64,000 nucleotides of DNA from Eledone cirrhosa. Lineage: Eukaryota. Below are positions 25,978 through 38,443 of the stretch, in pieces. The DNA lies in the NCBI GenBank assembly GCA_964016885.1, contig OZ024747.1, forward strand, positions 81,096,001-81,160,000. Direction: 5' to 3'. Positions within the stretch are counted from its first letter, which is position 1. Every line of letters begins with the position of its first letter. Both the position numbers and the translations under genes were made by a program. A model generated the notes under the pieces. That model saw nothing but the letters and a program-made list of their open reading frames with translations, did no database searches and had not been told where the DNA came from.

Positions 25978-27686
25978 TAAATCGAGATGGACAACAAATT
26001 ACCTCCAGCCTCGGGGTCGCCGACCGCACGGAACCCCTAGACCCACGGACACCCTACTTCACACTGAAGGACCACAAATCCGATTTCGACCGTAAACCTT
26101 CTATCAGGCTTATAAACCCAACGAAGTCCGACATAGGGAGAATCAGCAAAAAAATCCTAGACCGCGTTATACCAAATGTTAAGCAACATGCCCGACTTAG
26201 CCTATGGGTCAACACCCAGGAAGTAATCTCATGGTTCAGCAATATGGAGGACAAACGAGACACTAAATTCATCCAGTTTGACATAGAGAGTTACTATGCT
26301 TCAATCACCTTACCGCTACTTACGGCTGCCTTGGACTTCGCCGAAGCACTTGTGCCCATCACCGACCAGGAAAGAAACATCATCCTCCACGCCAGGAAGA
26401 CAGTCTTACTCTTCGACAACTCCAAATGGATAAAGAGAGCTCCCGAATCACCCTTCGACGTCAGCATGGGCACGACGGATCCGGCTGAGGTCACAGATCT
26501 TATAGGATTATTCCTAATAGCCAAACTCGCTGATATGTTTCCTGCATTCGGCGGTGGATTGTACCGTGATGATGGGCTCCTTACGCTTAAAGGGTACAAC
26601 CCCAGTAGTACAGATCGGGTCCGTAAACAATTAATCAGCTTCTTCCGCGACTGGGGATTTAAAATAACCCTACAAACGTCCCTGACCCGAGTAAACTTCC
26701 TGGACGTTACCCTTGACCTCGAAAACGACCTGTACTACCCATACAGGAAACCTAATGACAATCTGCACTACATCCACCGCCGATCAAACCATCCTAGGAA
26801 CATCACAAACAACCTGGTTAAAAACATCTCCCTCCGCATATCCCGTTTGTCAGCTAACGAGCAGATATTCGATGAACATGCGCCTTATTACAACCAGGCC
26901 CTCAAGCGGAATGGTTTCTGGGAGGAAATATTCTACTGTCCAGCTCCCATTAGCGGAACCAGCAGGCGACACCGTCGCTCACGCAATGTAACATGGTTCA
27001 ATCCTCCCCACAACGCCGAGGTGACAACTCCTATCGGGAAAATCTTCTTTAGGCTCATTGAAAAACACTTCCCACTACAACACCGCTACCACAACATAAT
27101 TAACAAAAATACCATCAAACTCTCTTACAGCACTACACCAAACTTTGCACAAAACATCGTCTCCTCTAACAACAAAAAACTCAACCCCTATGGAAGAAAT
27201 AACCTAAATAGCAGTGAAGAGCCGACCAGGAGGTGCAACTGTCCTGATGGATCCATTTGCCCCCTCGACAACAGATGCAGAGATCGTAATGTGATCTACC
27301 GGTGCAACGTGAGGACGGACACCTCCAACAAAGCTTATATAGGATTAACCGCATGTGACTTCAAGACCCGGCTATACCAACACAGACATACCTTCCGAAA
27401 CCCGGCCCGGCGTCACGCCACTACACTTTCGGGCCACATATGGGACCTCAAGGATAACAACATTACCTATGATCTCACTTGGAGCTTACTGTCCAGAGCC
27501 AACTCTTACACGGGAGGACGCCGTCCGTGCAATTTATGCTCGGAGGAAACTTTACAAATGCTGTTTTCGACGGACCAACTCCTAAACAAGAAAGATGAAC
27601 TGGTTACTGCATGTAAACACAGATTGCGTAGGACTTACCTCGCCCTCAAACCCCATAATGACCCGGGGGGTAGACTAGGGCTATAA
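25975..27686 (+). CDS. Penelope-like (Naiad-type) retroelement protein: RT + Cys-rich linker + C-terminal GIY-YIG endonuclease, 5'-truncated
   Basis: TLKDHK..RLINPTKSDIGRISK, FDIESYY, FDVSMG..AEV, GLYRDDGL, VNFLDVTLDL, YIHRRSNHP, WFNPP, CNC..CPLDNRC, VIY..YIG, CNLC..E; about 570 codons without a stop. The track's MIHIYI N-terminus is microsatellite. Confidence 0.92.
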
Positions 27687-28712
27687 CACCCCACTTCCCG
27701 ATTTTGTAATGGGTAACCCCTGCTTGCAAAGGTAGACGTAAGATCTTCTTTTATATCTTTTTATCGCTTCCTCTATATTTCCTTCTTTCCCCCAACTATC
27801 ACTAGTCCTTCCACCCAACCCTCCCTAGTCCTTCCATCCCAGTCCTCTTTCTTTGTCGTCATCCTTTTTATTTTCTCGCCCACCCGAGGCAGCCCCTCGG
27901 TCCTTTGTAGCTTCAGTACCCCCACCCCCTTCCCCTATTCTATGATAGATTTGGCCGACTCCGCTTTTTATAGCAGATGTGTTAGACCCCGGATACTTGC
28001 CTTCTTATCCGACCGCTGCCCCTTTTCCGTGCTTTCTATATTTCTTAGTGGTATCTTTGCTTTAATTTCTCGTATATCAGTATTTATTGGTAGAAACCTT
28101 TATTTATTTTGTGGTAGTTTCTTTAGTATTTTGGCCCCTCACTTGTTGACCCGTCACCGTAAGATATACTCGGTTTATTACTTATACCTCTTAAACGGGT
28201 CTCATTATAATTCCGTCCCACCTAGTAAACTTTTCTTTAGCCTAGCAGTACCAGTGAGAGACTTAGGTCGTAGTAACCAGATTTTGTTTATTTTTTTTTT
28301 TTTTTACATTTAATTGCTTTTTAACACTCTCGGTATTTTTCTATATATTTACCCCATATTGTTTTACTAATTGTTTCGATTTCCTCCCCCTCACCCTCCC
28401 TAGTATCTTCTTTGACCTCATGCCCAGCTGTAGTCGCCACTATTAACGCATGACTGGGTCTCCTCCACCCCCTCTCCCTCTTTCTCCTACTGGCAGGTTC
28501 AGCTACCCCTTCGCTCCACAAATTGCCATCATAGAATTATTATGTCTCAACAACAAACTTTTGATCAATCCTCGTGACTATCACTTTTACCATATATGGA
28601 ATTACCCCTTGAGAAGCTCGGCTATTCAAATACCAGGATAAAAATGTTCATTTAGTCCAGAATTAGCCGTCGAAACGGCTTGAGCTCAGCCATCGGGGTC
28701 CTACTCGTTCCT
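25975..28712 (+). mobile_element. Naiad-type PLE copy inserted in (TA)n
   Basis: ORF plus ~1-kb 3' region ending in a hammerhead; (TA)n on both sides; more GC/CpG-rich than its flanks. Confidence 0.88.
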
Positions 28713-28717
28713 ATATA
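28593..28717 (+). ncRNA. Type-I hammerhead ribozyme, U3-A8 core variant, at the PLE 3' end
   Basis: ACCCC-TTGAGAA-stem II (CGGCTA/TAGCCG)-GAAA-C-GGCT..AGCC-ATC-GGGGT; distal stem I TATATGGAA/TTCCTATATA. Confidence 0.68.
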
Positions 28718-28906
28718 CATATATATATATATACATATATATGTATATAAATACATATATATATATATAAATATACATATATATATATACATATATATGT
28801 ATATAAATACATATATATATATATATATACATACATGTATACATATATATATATACACATCTATATATACACATACAGACATATATATATCATGTGTGTG
28901 AGTGTA

Positions 28907-28953
<47 letters not shown>

Positions 28954-29454
28954 ATTTCATTTCACAAATGTGAGAAATAGAAATCAATAAAGCAGAGTTT
29001 TTAAAATTCTATATTAGCCTAAGAGCTAAAGTTACTCACATGTTTACAGTTTTATGGCAATGCACTTATTAAACTAATAGCTTAATAGTTTAATTAGTGC
29101 ATTGGGGTGAAACTATTAGCACTTGAGTAACTGTAGATTGTTGGTTAATTATATATCATTTTTACACCCATTTGTACAAGTTGACAGATGTTGGATGGGA
29201 TATTTTGTTTCTGTGTTTTATTGCTGGATTCCCACCGTGGTGGTAACCATTTTAGTCCCATCTTATGACACACATACACAAAGATATTGAGGACCTATTC
29301 TGAAAAATGTGATACAGACAGCATGTATGTAAAAAAACTTAACTAAGTAAACATTTTGTTGAGTCAACTAACACCACATGTTCAAATATTTCTTGGTACA
29401 GATTATTCTTGACCTTTAATAACCTTAAACAATGTCTCTTTTACTGTGATATAT

Positions 29455-29690
29455 AACAAATTTAATACAGAAATGGGTTTGGCAGGACTAGAACTGTTTC
29501 ATTGAAAGGAAATCATCAGGAAACATTTAGTTCTTTTTAGGACACCTGAGGTTTCCTGATGATTTCCTTCGAATGAAACAGTTCTAATCCTGTAGACGCC
29601 ATTTCTATATTAAATTTGTTGTTTACACTCTACTAATATATTGAGTACCTTACTAACTATGGTTACCCCTGATTGAACCCAGGACTCATA
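29455..29690 (+). mobile_element. Inverted-repeat pLTR-like remnant with hammerhead cores
   Basis: 70-bp diverged arms 29455-29524 / 29551-29620; CTGATGA 29556, GAAAC 29575; TTGAGTACCT at 29641; ends in (TA)n. Confidence 0.6.
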
Positions 29691-29703
29691 TATATATATA
29701 TAT

Positions 29704-29895
29704 ATAATTGTTTCTATTTTAGGCACAAGGCCAGCAATTAGCCAGTACATTACTGGTACTTTATTTTATCGACCCTGTAAGGATGAAAGGCAAAGTTAAC
29801 CTCGGCGGGATTTGAACTCAGATCATAAAGGGACGTAACTCTATGCTTCAAAGCATGGTGTCCGACTCTCTACCGACACTGCCAATCCACCGGCC
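29704..29895 (-). mobile_element. SINE family A
   Basis: Family homology. Confidence 0.88.
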
Positions 29896-29914
29896 ATATA
29901 TATATATATAAAAT

Positions 29915-30306
29915 GAAGGCACATGGCTTAGTGGTTAGAGCATTGGCCTTGCAATTAAAAAGTTGTGAGTTCAATTCTCAGACCGAATGATGTGTTGTGT
30001 CCTTGAGCAAGACATTTTATTTCACATTGCTCCAGTTTACTCAGCTGTAGAAATGAGATGATTGGACTGGGGTCCCTATCATTCCACTGCAAAGTGGTTG
30101 TGGAGGTGCCATGGCAAAAAATCACCCAGCCTACACTGTAAAGTGGACGTGTAGGCGCCACGAAATAAAAAAGCACCCAGCACTCACTGTAAATGAGGTT
30201 GGTGTTAGGAAGGGCATCCAGCTGTAGAAATCAAGCCAGAATCAGTTCCCGTCCCACCCTTGCAAGCACGGAAAAGCGGACGTAAAATGATGATGATGAT
30301 GATGAT
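29915..30306 (+). mobile_element. Full-length SINE family B (two internal repeat units)
   Basis: GGCACATGGCTTAGTGGTTAG head through to the RTE tail and (GAT)n. Confidence 0.9.
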
Positions 30307-30514
30307 ATATATAACTTACTTATATGCTTCTCAACAGCTTGTGGTATTTGTCATAAAAAATGCATGTAAATAAATAAGTATTTTGATATCTATCTATACA
30401 TGAAAGCATAGGTAGGAATATAGACAATAGAAAGGCAGACTAGCAATCAGAAAGATACAGGTGTATGTATGTGTGTATGTATGCTGGGGGACATGAAAAT
30501 ACTCCGTTTGGTGC

Positions 30515-30845
30515 CCGAGCTTGTAGTTAGTCCACCGGGAATGAGAAACCCTTAATTCTTATTAGGACACCATCCTAGGAGAAAAAAAGGTGATGTAAAA
30601 CTTGCAACTTCATGGCAGTCAATGATGTTGATTCGTTCTTCTTTTGGGATACCTGCCACCCTCGCTCAGAGAATGGTTTTGGTCCAGTGCTAAGCCCTTC
30701 TTCTCTTAAATAACTTCAAGCACATGCATCATTTGATCTAAATGACTTTTACATGTGTTGTGAGAGCATGACTGTTTCTTTTTTCTTTCACTGCAGCATA
30801 TGCAGAAAGGAATCTAAGTCCTTGTCAGGGCTAAAATTTAAAGCC
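30515..30845 (+). mobile_element. Older diverged relative of the bipartite RTE-derived element
   Basis: CTAGGAGAA.., AATGATGTTGATTCGTTCTTCTTTTGG and HCSICRKESKSLSGLK in the same order as 25910-25309. Confidence 0.6.
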
Positions 30846-31099
30846 TGTTCCAAGCACAGAAGTAATAAAGCCAGAACTTATTGTTGTTTCATTGGCATTA
30901 AGAAGTACCAGCTGCTGTTATTTATCAACAATGTGGATAATGAGCAACATTATATGAAGTGATAAGATTAAGGACACTAAATGCCAGTCAGTCCAGGAAT
31001 TGAAGCCATGACATTATGATCGTGTACTCAACACCTTAAACACTAAGCTGCACATATTCCCACATATACATATCTATTCACATGTGTATATATAGGTGC

Positions 31100-31418
31100 A
31101 TACAGAACATAAGCTGGTGACATCTGACTTTGAAAGAAATATATGCCAACCTCCCACACATATCTGTCATTATACGTAAAAGAACAGTGTGATTTGCTGG
31201 CCACTGCCATCAAGCTACCTCTGAGGCTGTGTCACCATTAGTGCTTTGGAAACCACAAGCAGTCACTAATAACAGGGGACACAAGCTCGCCTACCCCGAT
31301 GTCATCTCCAGAGATTCTAGTATTGAAATCCAGGATTTGGCAGCAGCAATAAACAACAGACCCACGTGGAGATCAATTGTTGAGTCGACTTCGGCTGAGG
31401 CCACTGGATGATGATGAT
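31100..31418 (+). pseudogene. Decayed RTE-clade LINE 3' end with (TGA)n tail
   Basis: NISW*H..EIYANLP..IIRKR..FAGHC..LVLWKP..YPDVISRD..NRPTWRSIV. Confidence 0.75.
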
Positions 31419-31600
31419 AATTGTTTCTACTTTAGGCACAAGGCCAGCAATTATCCAGTTCATTACTGGTACTTTATTTTATCGACCCCGTAAGGATGAA
31501 AGGCAAAGTTAACCTCGGCGGGATTTGAACTCAGATCGTAAAGGGACGTAACTATGCTTCAAAGCATGGCGTCCGACCCCCTACCGATACTGCCAATCCA
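31417..31600 (-). mobile_element. SINE family A
   Basis: Family homology. Confidence 0.88.
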
Positions 31601-32520
31601 GATAGAGTGAATCTAGCTAAGACAAAAGTGTTGATGAGTAGAAAAGAGGACAAAACCCTGATTCCGTCAGGGAAATGGCCATGTTCGATATGCAGAAAAG
31701 GAACTGGCATAAATTCTATAAAATGCACACAATGCAGATCCTGGGTACACAAGAGATGTAGCGGGATAGCAGGCAAACTAACAGGTAAGGAGAAATATGT
31801 ATGCAGTAGATGTACAGGGAAATTAGACAGTAGAAGTCGCACTGATAGACACATTTTTCAAATGCAAGAGGGCGCTATAGAAGTGGTGGATAGCTTCCGG
31901 TACCTAGGAGATCAGATTAGCATGGGAGGAGGGTGTTCCGAGGCCATAGTATCTAGAATAAGGATGGGTTGGAAGAAGTTTAGGGAGCTGCTTCCTCTGT
32001 TGACGAAGAAGGGTTTCTCCCTGCGTATGAAAGGCCGGTTGTACGATGCCTGTGTGAGGAGCGCGATGCTGCATGGTAGTGAGACATGGGCAGCAACTGC
32101 AGAGGATATGCGACGGCTGGAGAGAAATGAGGCAAGCATGCTCCGTTGGATGTGCAGTGTAAATGTGCATGAACGACCCAGCATAAATGTGTTGAGAGAG
32201 AAACTGTGTCTGAGAGGGATAGAATGTAGTGTACGGGAGAGGAGACTGAGGTGGTATGGACATGTGATGCGCATGGAGGATGACCGATGGGTGAAGAAGT
32301 GCCAGGAATTGCCAGTTGAAGGAAGACGTGGTAGAGGTAAACCACGAAAAACATGGGCGGAGGTGGTGAGAACAGACCTCAGATCATTGAAGCTCACGGT
32401 GGAGATGACGAGGGACCGTAATGAGTGGAGAGATGCTGTGCTGAATAAGACCCGTCCCACCCTTGCAAGCAGGGAAAAGCGGACGTAAAATGATGATGAT
32501 GAAATGATGATGATGATGAT
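31601..32520 (+). mobile_element. 5'-truncated RTE LINE; open ORF 31607-32488 with PHD finger
   Basis: VNLAKTKVL, C4HC3 finger, EVVDSFRYLG, GWKKFREL, MLHGSETW, RRLRWYGHV, RGKPRKTW; (GAT)n tail. Confidence 0.92.
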
Positions 32521-32829
32521 AGATAGATATATAAACAGGTTATAAGATTTTAAAATAATAATATAACATATCACGCTTATAATAATAACAATAATACTAG
32601 AAACAATAACAACAACAACAATAATAATACCAACTGTACACCTCCCCCCCTTCCAAAATCTTCAATAAAAAATGTTCAATAACTTCACATAATCTGCAAT
32701 GAATGGCAAATGTGTCTGCTATCACTTCTCAGGTTTTGATATTCCTTTAATGTAGCTGGAGGGGGAAATTTTCACTTCAAAATTGTCCCAATATATTGAT
32801 TGTCTCTTTCTCTAACATCTGCATTTATT

Positions 32830-33150
32830 TCCTTCTATATATCGCTCTTATATCTATATTCTTTATCCTTCTATCTATCTCTCTCTCTTATATCTATATT
32901 CTTTATCCTTCTATCTATCTCTCTCTCTTATATCTATATTCTTTCTCCTTCTGCTTAGCTATCTATCTGTCTGTCTCTCCCTCTCTTATATCCATATTCT
33001 TTCTCCTGTCTATCTCTCTCTCTCTATATATATATATATCTGTATCTCTCTTATATCTATATTCTCTCTCCTTCTGTCTATCTATATCTTTCTCTATTAT
33101 CTATATTCTTTCTCCTTCTATCTATCTTTCTCTCTTATATCTATAGTCTC
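32830..33150. repeat. Pyrimidine-rich minisatellite (~36-40 bp unit CTCTCTTATATCTATATTCTTT..CCTTCTATCTAT)
   Basis: Repeated units visible. Confidence 0.8.
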
Positions 33151-33364
33151 TCTCTTCCTCTCTACTTTTCTCTACCATCCTCTCTATTTCTCACTATTTA
33201 CACCTATCCTATTATATATCAATTCTGTTCTTTCCCTTTCTATAACATTTAGTTTCTTATTCCCTCACAAACTTGATTCTCAGTCTTTTCATATCTTTCT
33301 TTAATGGATGCCTGTATATGAGTTCGTTTAAGTATCTATATATGTAATGTTTGTATGTATAAAT

Positions 33365-33591
33365 AAGTAAGTATGCATATATATGTGTGTGAAAATATGG
33401 TATGTAGGTATATGTGTGTGTGTATGAATATGTATGTATGCATATATATATGTGTGTGAAAATATGGTATGTAGGTATATATATGTAAGTGTGTTTGTGT
33501 ATGTGTATAAATATACATGTATGCTTATATATATGTGTGTATATATATATGTAAGTCGGTGTGTATGTGTATAAATATGCATGTATGCTTA

Positions 33592-33626
<35 letters not shown>

Positions 33627-33835
33627 GTAGGTGTGTGTGTATGTGTATAAATATGCATGTATGCATATATATATGTGTGTGTGTGAAAATATGGTATGTA
33701 TGTATATATACGTAAGTGTGTGTGTATATGTATAAATATGCATGTATGCATATATATGTGTGTGAAAATATGATATGTATGTATATATATGTAAGTGCGT
33801 GTGTGTATAAATATGCATGTCTGCATATATATGTG
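33365..33835. repeat. Minisatellite built from GTGTGAAAATATGGTATGTA and ATAAATATGCATGTATGC modules
   Basis: Repeated modules visible. Confidence 0.8.
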
Positions 33836-35629
33836 TGACCCACCTTTGCAAGTAGGGAAAAAGCGGACGTAAAATGAAATGATGATGATGATGATATATA
33901 TATGTAAGTGTGTGTATGTGTGTATGAATGTATGTATACATGTATCTGTATATGGGTAATATTCATGGTTATGTAGGCATGTGAATGTTTTATTCCTTCA
34001 AGGACTTTAGGTGTTCGGCCATTGTGAATGTAGGTGTGTGGAAGTGAGAAGAATTATATTAAAAGGAATAGCAATTTTCGTTATCTTTTTATGTTTGAAG
34101 GTGTTTCTGTTGCCTTGTCACATGACTTGTCACATGGCTTGTCACAATGTTCTGTATGCAGCTATAGATTCTTATTTGACTGGTCTACTAGGACATTATT
34201 ATTATAAATATTGCCAATAATAATAATAGTAATAATAATGGTAATAATAATAAATTCTTTTATTGGCTACAAGGGAGTATGGCATTGGGTAAAATACAAA
34301 GAGGAGTTTAAACTGAGTAAATGAAAGGGGAAATCAACAAAGAGAAACAGTAGGAAAAAAACAATAATAATGATAATCCTAATAATACTGGTTTCTCCTT
34401 TAGGTACAAGGTCAGCAATTTTGGTAGGGAGGGAGAAGTTAATTATATCGACTGCAGTAATTGGATTGACAGAATTGTTAAAGTATTGGACATAATTTAC
34501 AGTATTTGTTACAGCTCATTATGTCATGAGTTCCAATTCTGCTGAGGTCAACTTTGCCTTCCATCCCTCAAGGATTGATAAAGTACCAGTCAAATATGGG
34601 GCAGAAATAATCAACTTTCCACTTTCCACAAAATTGTAGCTCTGGTGCCTAAATTAGATAATGACAATAACAATAATTGTCTCTACTTTAGGCACAAGGC
34701 CAGCCATTTGAAGGAGAAGGGTGCTGTATTTTATCGACCCCTTAAGATGAAAAGCAAAGCTAAAGCTAATCTCCACGGGATTTGAACTCAGAACGTAAAG
34801 GGCCACAATTCTATGCCACTGAAAGGCTATTTTCATCATTAGCATGTCAAGCAAAAAACATATCCTCATCGGCTCTTTTAATTTGCTCACTAGCTCCTTT
34901 AGTAACCTAAGGTTGTTGATTAGCATCCAGTAATGATTTAGCGGAAACTTTCTAAAGATGGGTTTGTCAGTTGAAATGTAATATCTTTACATAATTGTGA
35001 AGAGATTTTTGTAAAAGAAAATGCAGTATTAGAATAAAGACTTTAATTTTGAATGTGATGCAGTCATAGTGCTGTCTTTGTTACCTTTCAATAATGCCCT
35101 GTTTGTGTAGTTTCATGTGGTACAGGACATTAAGACTTAAGTGACATTCCTTTCAAGTTCAACCATGACTATCTGCATTTACACAGTCATGTTTACTGGA
35201 GTAAAGAAAATGAGAAAGATCACTTACCCTTGTCACAGAGATGAATAGTTAATCTAGTCTTCTCAGCAAGTATGGATTCCTTGAAACCCCTACAAAAAAT
35301 TTTGTCTGCTTCACCCCAAAATATTTCCACTTTACCTTTTTCCTTTACGTTCATATAGGTCTGTTTTAATTCTTCCTCAGGAGCCCATTTAGTGGTGCCC
35401 TATATATATGTTTCTTAAAGTGCTCCTTTTTTATTCTTGTGTGTATTTTACTATGATCCCATCATCTCTGTTTGTATTTATAACACAAAAGATAACGAAG
35501 GGTGGTTCTGTGTGTTTGGCACTTTTGTTGTTGCTTTTATGTGAGTAGTGGTTTTGAGAGTGATAGTGAGGGTATGTGACCATGGTTTCTCAATTTTTCT
35601 TTTTTACTTCAAAGACAACTTCTTGCACC

Positions 35630-36445
35630 AGATTCACTTCAATCTTACCACATAACAATGTCTTGGCATGGTCTGAAACAGAGCGTAGCTAAGTCTGTAC
35701 CTCTGTTTATGTGTTTGGTTTCCACGATATTAGCTTGGATATAACTTCCTGCTTACTTCTCCAGCCATGTCCTGCAAATCATAACCGTCTTTGAGCAATT
35801 GTAGTTATTTTGGGCAAGTTTCTGTATAAATTTTAATTTGTAAAACGACGCCAGTTTATGTTTTGTATAACCCTAAGCATTTTAATGTATACACCATCTA
35901 GTTTTTTCTCAGGTGTTTGTGTCAGGGTCCATGTACCTGATCAACAGCACTGACTCTACAGACGTTCTAAAGAGTGAGATTTTATTTTTCTGAGTAGATC
36001 TGACATCTGTATCCTTTCTAAGTTGTTTACTGCAGCCCAGACTTTAGTAAATTCTAATGTCAATGTCCCTCTTTGATGAACTCATCCAGTTGCAGAAATA
36101 TTGAAAATCATCAACTCAATTTAGTATCCCACCATCTAGTGTGACACCATTTATATCTTCTTAGTTTAGTGACATGTACTCTCTCTTGGTAACATTTATG
36201 TGTAGATCAATTTTTTTCTGGCAGAACATTCGACTCTATGATGTAGTTCTTGAGCTTGATCAATTGTATTTGATATAAGAACTATGTCATCAGTAAACTC
36301 TGTATCACATATATCAGTTGGTGGGTTTTGCATACTTCTCCCTTGTGTTAATGTAAATCCGAGAACTTTTTCATTAATAATGGCTTCCCTCATGGCGTAG
36401 TCCAGAGAAATTATGAAAAGATATGGTGCCAACTGATTTGGGGAT
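35630..36445 (-). pseudogene. Decayed RTE-clade LINE, RT core to 3' region
   Basis: LAPYLFIISLDY..FTDDIVLISNTIDQAQEL; LFRTSVES; RFAGH. Confidence 0.8.
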
Positions 36446-36609
36446 TTTACAATAAAGTAGTTGAAAGATGTAATGAGGAAAATAAAAACAATAAAACTTG
36501 GATAATATACCAACCGAAGTATAGAAAGTATGCATAAATGGTGAGATTCTTGACATCTGCCAAAACACTTTCAAAGGAGGTGTATAAAACATCTGGAGAA
36601 CAGGTGGAA

Positions 36610-37030
36610 TAGCCCTTCTTCCCAAGAAGGGTGACTTGAGATAGACATCAAATTACAGACGAATTACTGTGTTAGTAGCTTCAGCTAAAATCTACAACAG
36701 AACGCTTCTAAACATATTAACCCTTTATTATTTAAACCGGCCATATCTGGCCAGAATTCTCTCACCTCTTTCTGTTCAAACTGGCTGTAACTGGCTGCTC
36801 ATACTTATGTTAAGGTATTGTTCTCAAAATAAATAATATCAAAATCTCATAGATTCAATATCATGTGAGATAATTATGTGAGGTAAAGCCTTTACCTCAA
36901 AAATACAATAGTAAATACAGAGTAATGTAAATGGTAAAAGGTTAAGATCACATTTAGACCAAAAACTCAGAATAAATCAAAATGGTTTCAAATAGAATAG
37001 ATCAACTGTCTCACAAAAATTGACACTGTG
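36610..37030 (+). pseudogene. Upstream RT segment of a similar RTE LINE in opposite orientation, split by a MITE
   Basis: PKKGDL..SNYRRI..AKIYNRTLLNIL/RSHLDQKLRINQNGF..RSTVSQ. Confidence 0.75.
36721..36941. mobile_element. piggyBac-type MITE family 1
   Basis: TTAA on both sides; CCCTTTA../..TAAAAGG termini. Confidence 0.8.
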
Positions 37031-37513
37031 ATTTTATTTACTGACAATGAATGGATAAAAGGCAAAGTTAACTTTGGTGGGATTTGAAATCCGAGCACAG
37101 TGAGCTAGAACAAATATTGAGGCATTTAATTTGACATGCTAATGACTCTGTCAATTCTTTGTTAGATGAGAAAATTAGTCCTCGACATAAAAATGGCCTT
37201 GAAGAGGGTATAGCAGTTTTATGATGTATGGAAAGATGCAATATTACACACCTACACAAGCATAGGAAAACCAATGAATTAATATAAATAAATATGGATG
37301 TAGAACAATGTTTTCTATATGTCTTTTAGCTTTAAATTTTTCTCCTATTTTCAATATTTAAATTTTTTATATAAATTATCTCAGTAACCTATATAAATAC
37401 ACATTTGCATACATATTTCATATATGCACATATTTGTTTATATATATATATATATAATTTTCTGATGAAAAAGGTGACAGTAAATTCAAAATTTCTATGA
37501 TAGTGCCTTTATA

Positions 37514-37575
<62 letters not shown>

Positions 37576-38070
37576 CGCACATATAAATATGATTTTATGT
37601 ATTCATATGTATGGAGACTGATTGCGCTGCTAAAAAAAAACAAAAAAAAAAAAAAAAAAGCAAAATATAGATAGATAGGACAGCAAAAACAGCAAGAATA
37701 TATGCAGCTAACGTGCAACTTCATTCATATATAAATTCCTGGAGAGGATAAAGAACTCAAAGTAAACAGCAATCTTTGATGCAAACACTTTCAATACATG
37801 ATGTTAACATAATAACAAGTTAGGAGAAATTTGCTGCAAAATCACTGAAGCAAAATGACATTGAAATTTCATCCACGAATACCTATATATATGTATATAT
37901 ATTGATACATGATTAATATATGTGTATTTATGTATATAAATATGTGTGCGTATTTACATTATATACATATATAATTATATGTTTTTGTACATAAATGGTT
38001 ATAGAGCATTTATAAAATTTTATATATATATATATATATTATGTTTATATATCTCTCTCTCTCTCTCTCC

Positions 38071-38128
<58 letters not shown>

Positions 38129-38159
38129 ATATCATCAAATTCAACGCCTACATATTCAC

Positions 38160-38217
<58 letters not shown>

Positions 38218-38404
38218 ACTAGAGAGGGATACAGATATGTACAGTATTTAAGTCTATATATGTATGTATACATATATCCTATATTGATATGACTGTGTGC
38301 TTATGCTTGCATGTATATTCAAAGTTGCATAGGGATGACAAAAGAAAAACAAAAAAAAACAAAAATGCAGTTGTTGGGATTGCAGTTAAAATTGCGAATC
38401 TTAC

Positions 38405-38443
38405 CAAAATAGGATGCAATATGGCCTGGGATAAAAAAAGGTT
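38405..38443 (-). other. Candidate microexon (39 nt, or 21 nt with the inner acceptor) of an unidentified host gene
   Basis: ttttctttgcag|AACCTTTTTTTATCCCAG|GCCATATTGCATCCTATTTTG|gtaaga; both lengths are multiples of 3. Confidence 0.45.

Noticed and set aside
27230-27686. Selenocysteine recoding, reported for some Naiads
   Set aside because: The Cys codons are TGC/TGT, there is no in-frame TGA and the stop is TAA; no SECIS recognised.
32830-33835. CRISPR-like regular repeats
   Set aside because: Low-complexity minisatellites without unique spacers or cas genes, in a eukaryotic context.
35228-35289. Minus-strand ag..gtaagt exon-like segment
   Set aside because: Stops in two frames, length not a multiple of 3, and it resembles old SINE sequence.
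37452-37510. CTGATGA followed by AAAGGT/GCCTTT pairing
   Set aside because: No GAAA or stem III before the TA tract; cannot be called a ribozyme.
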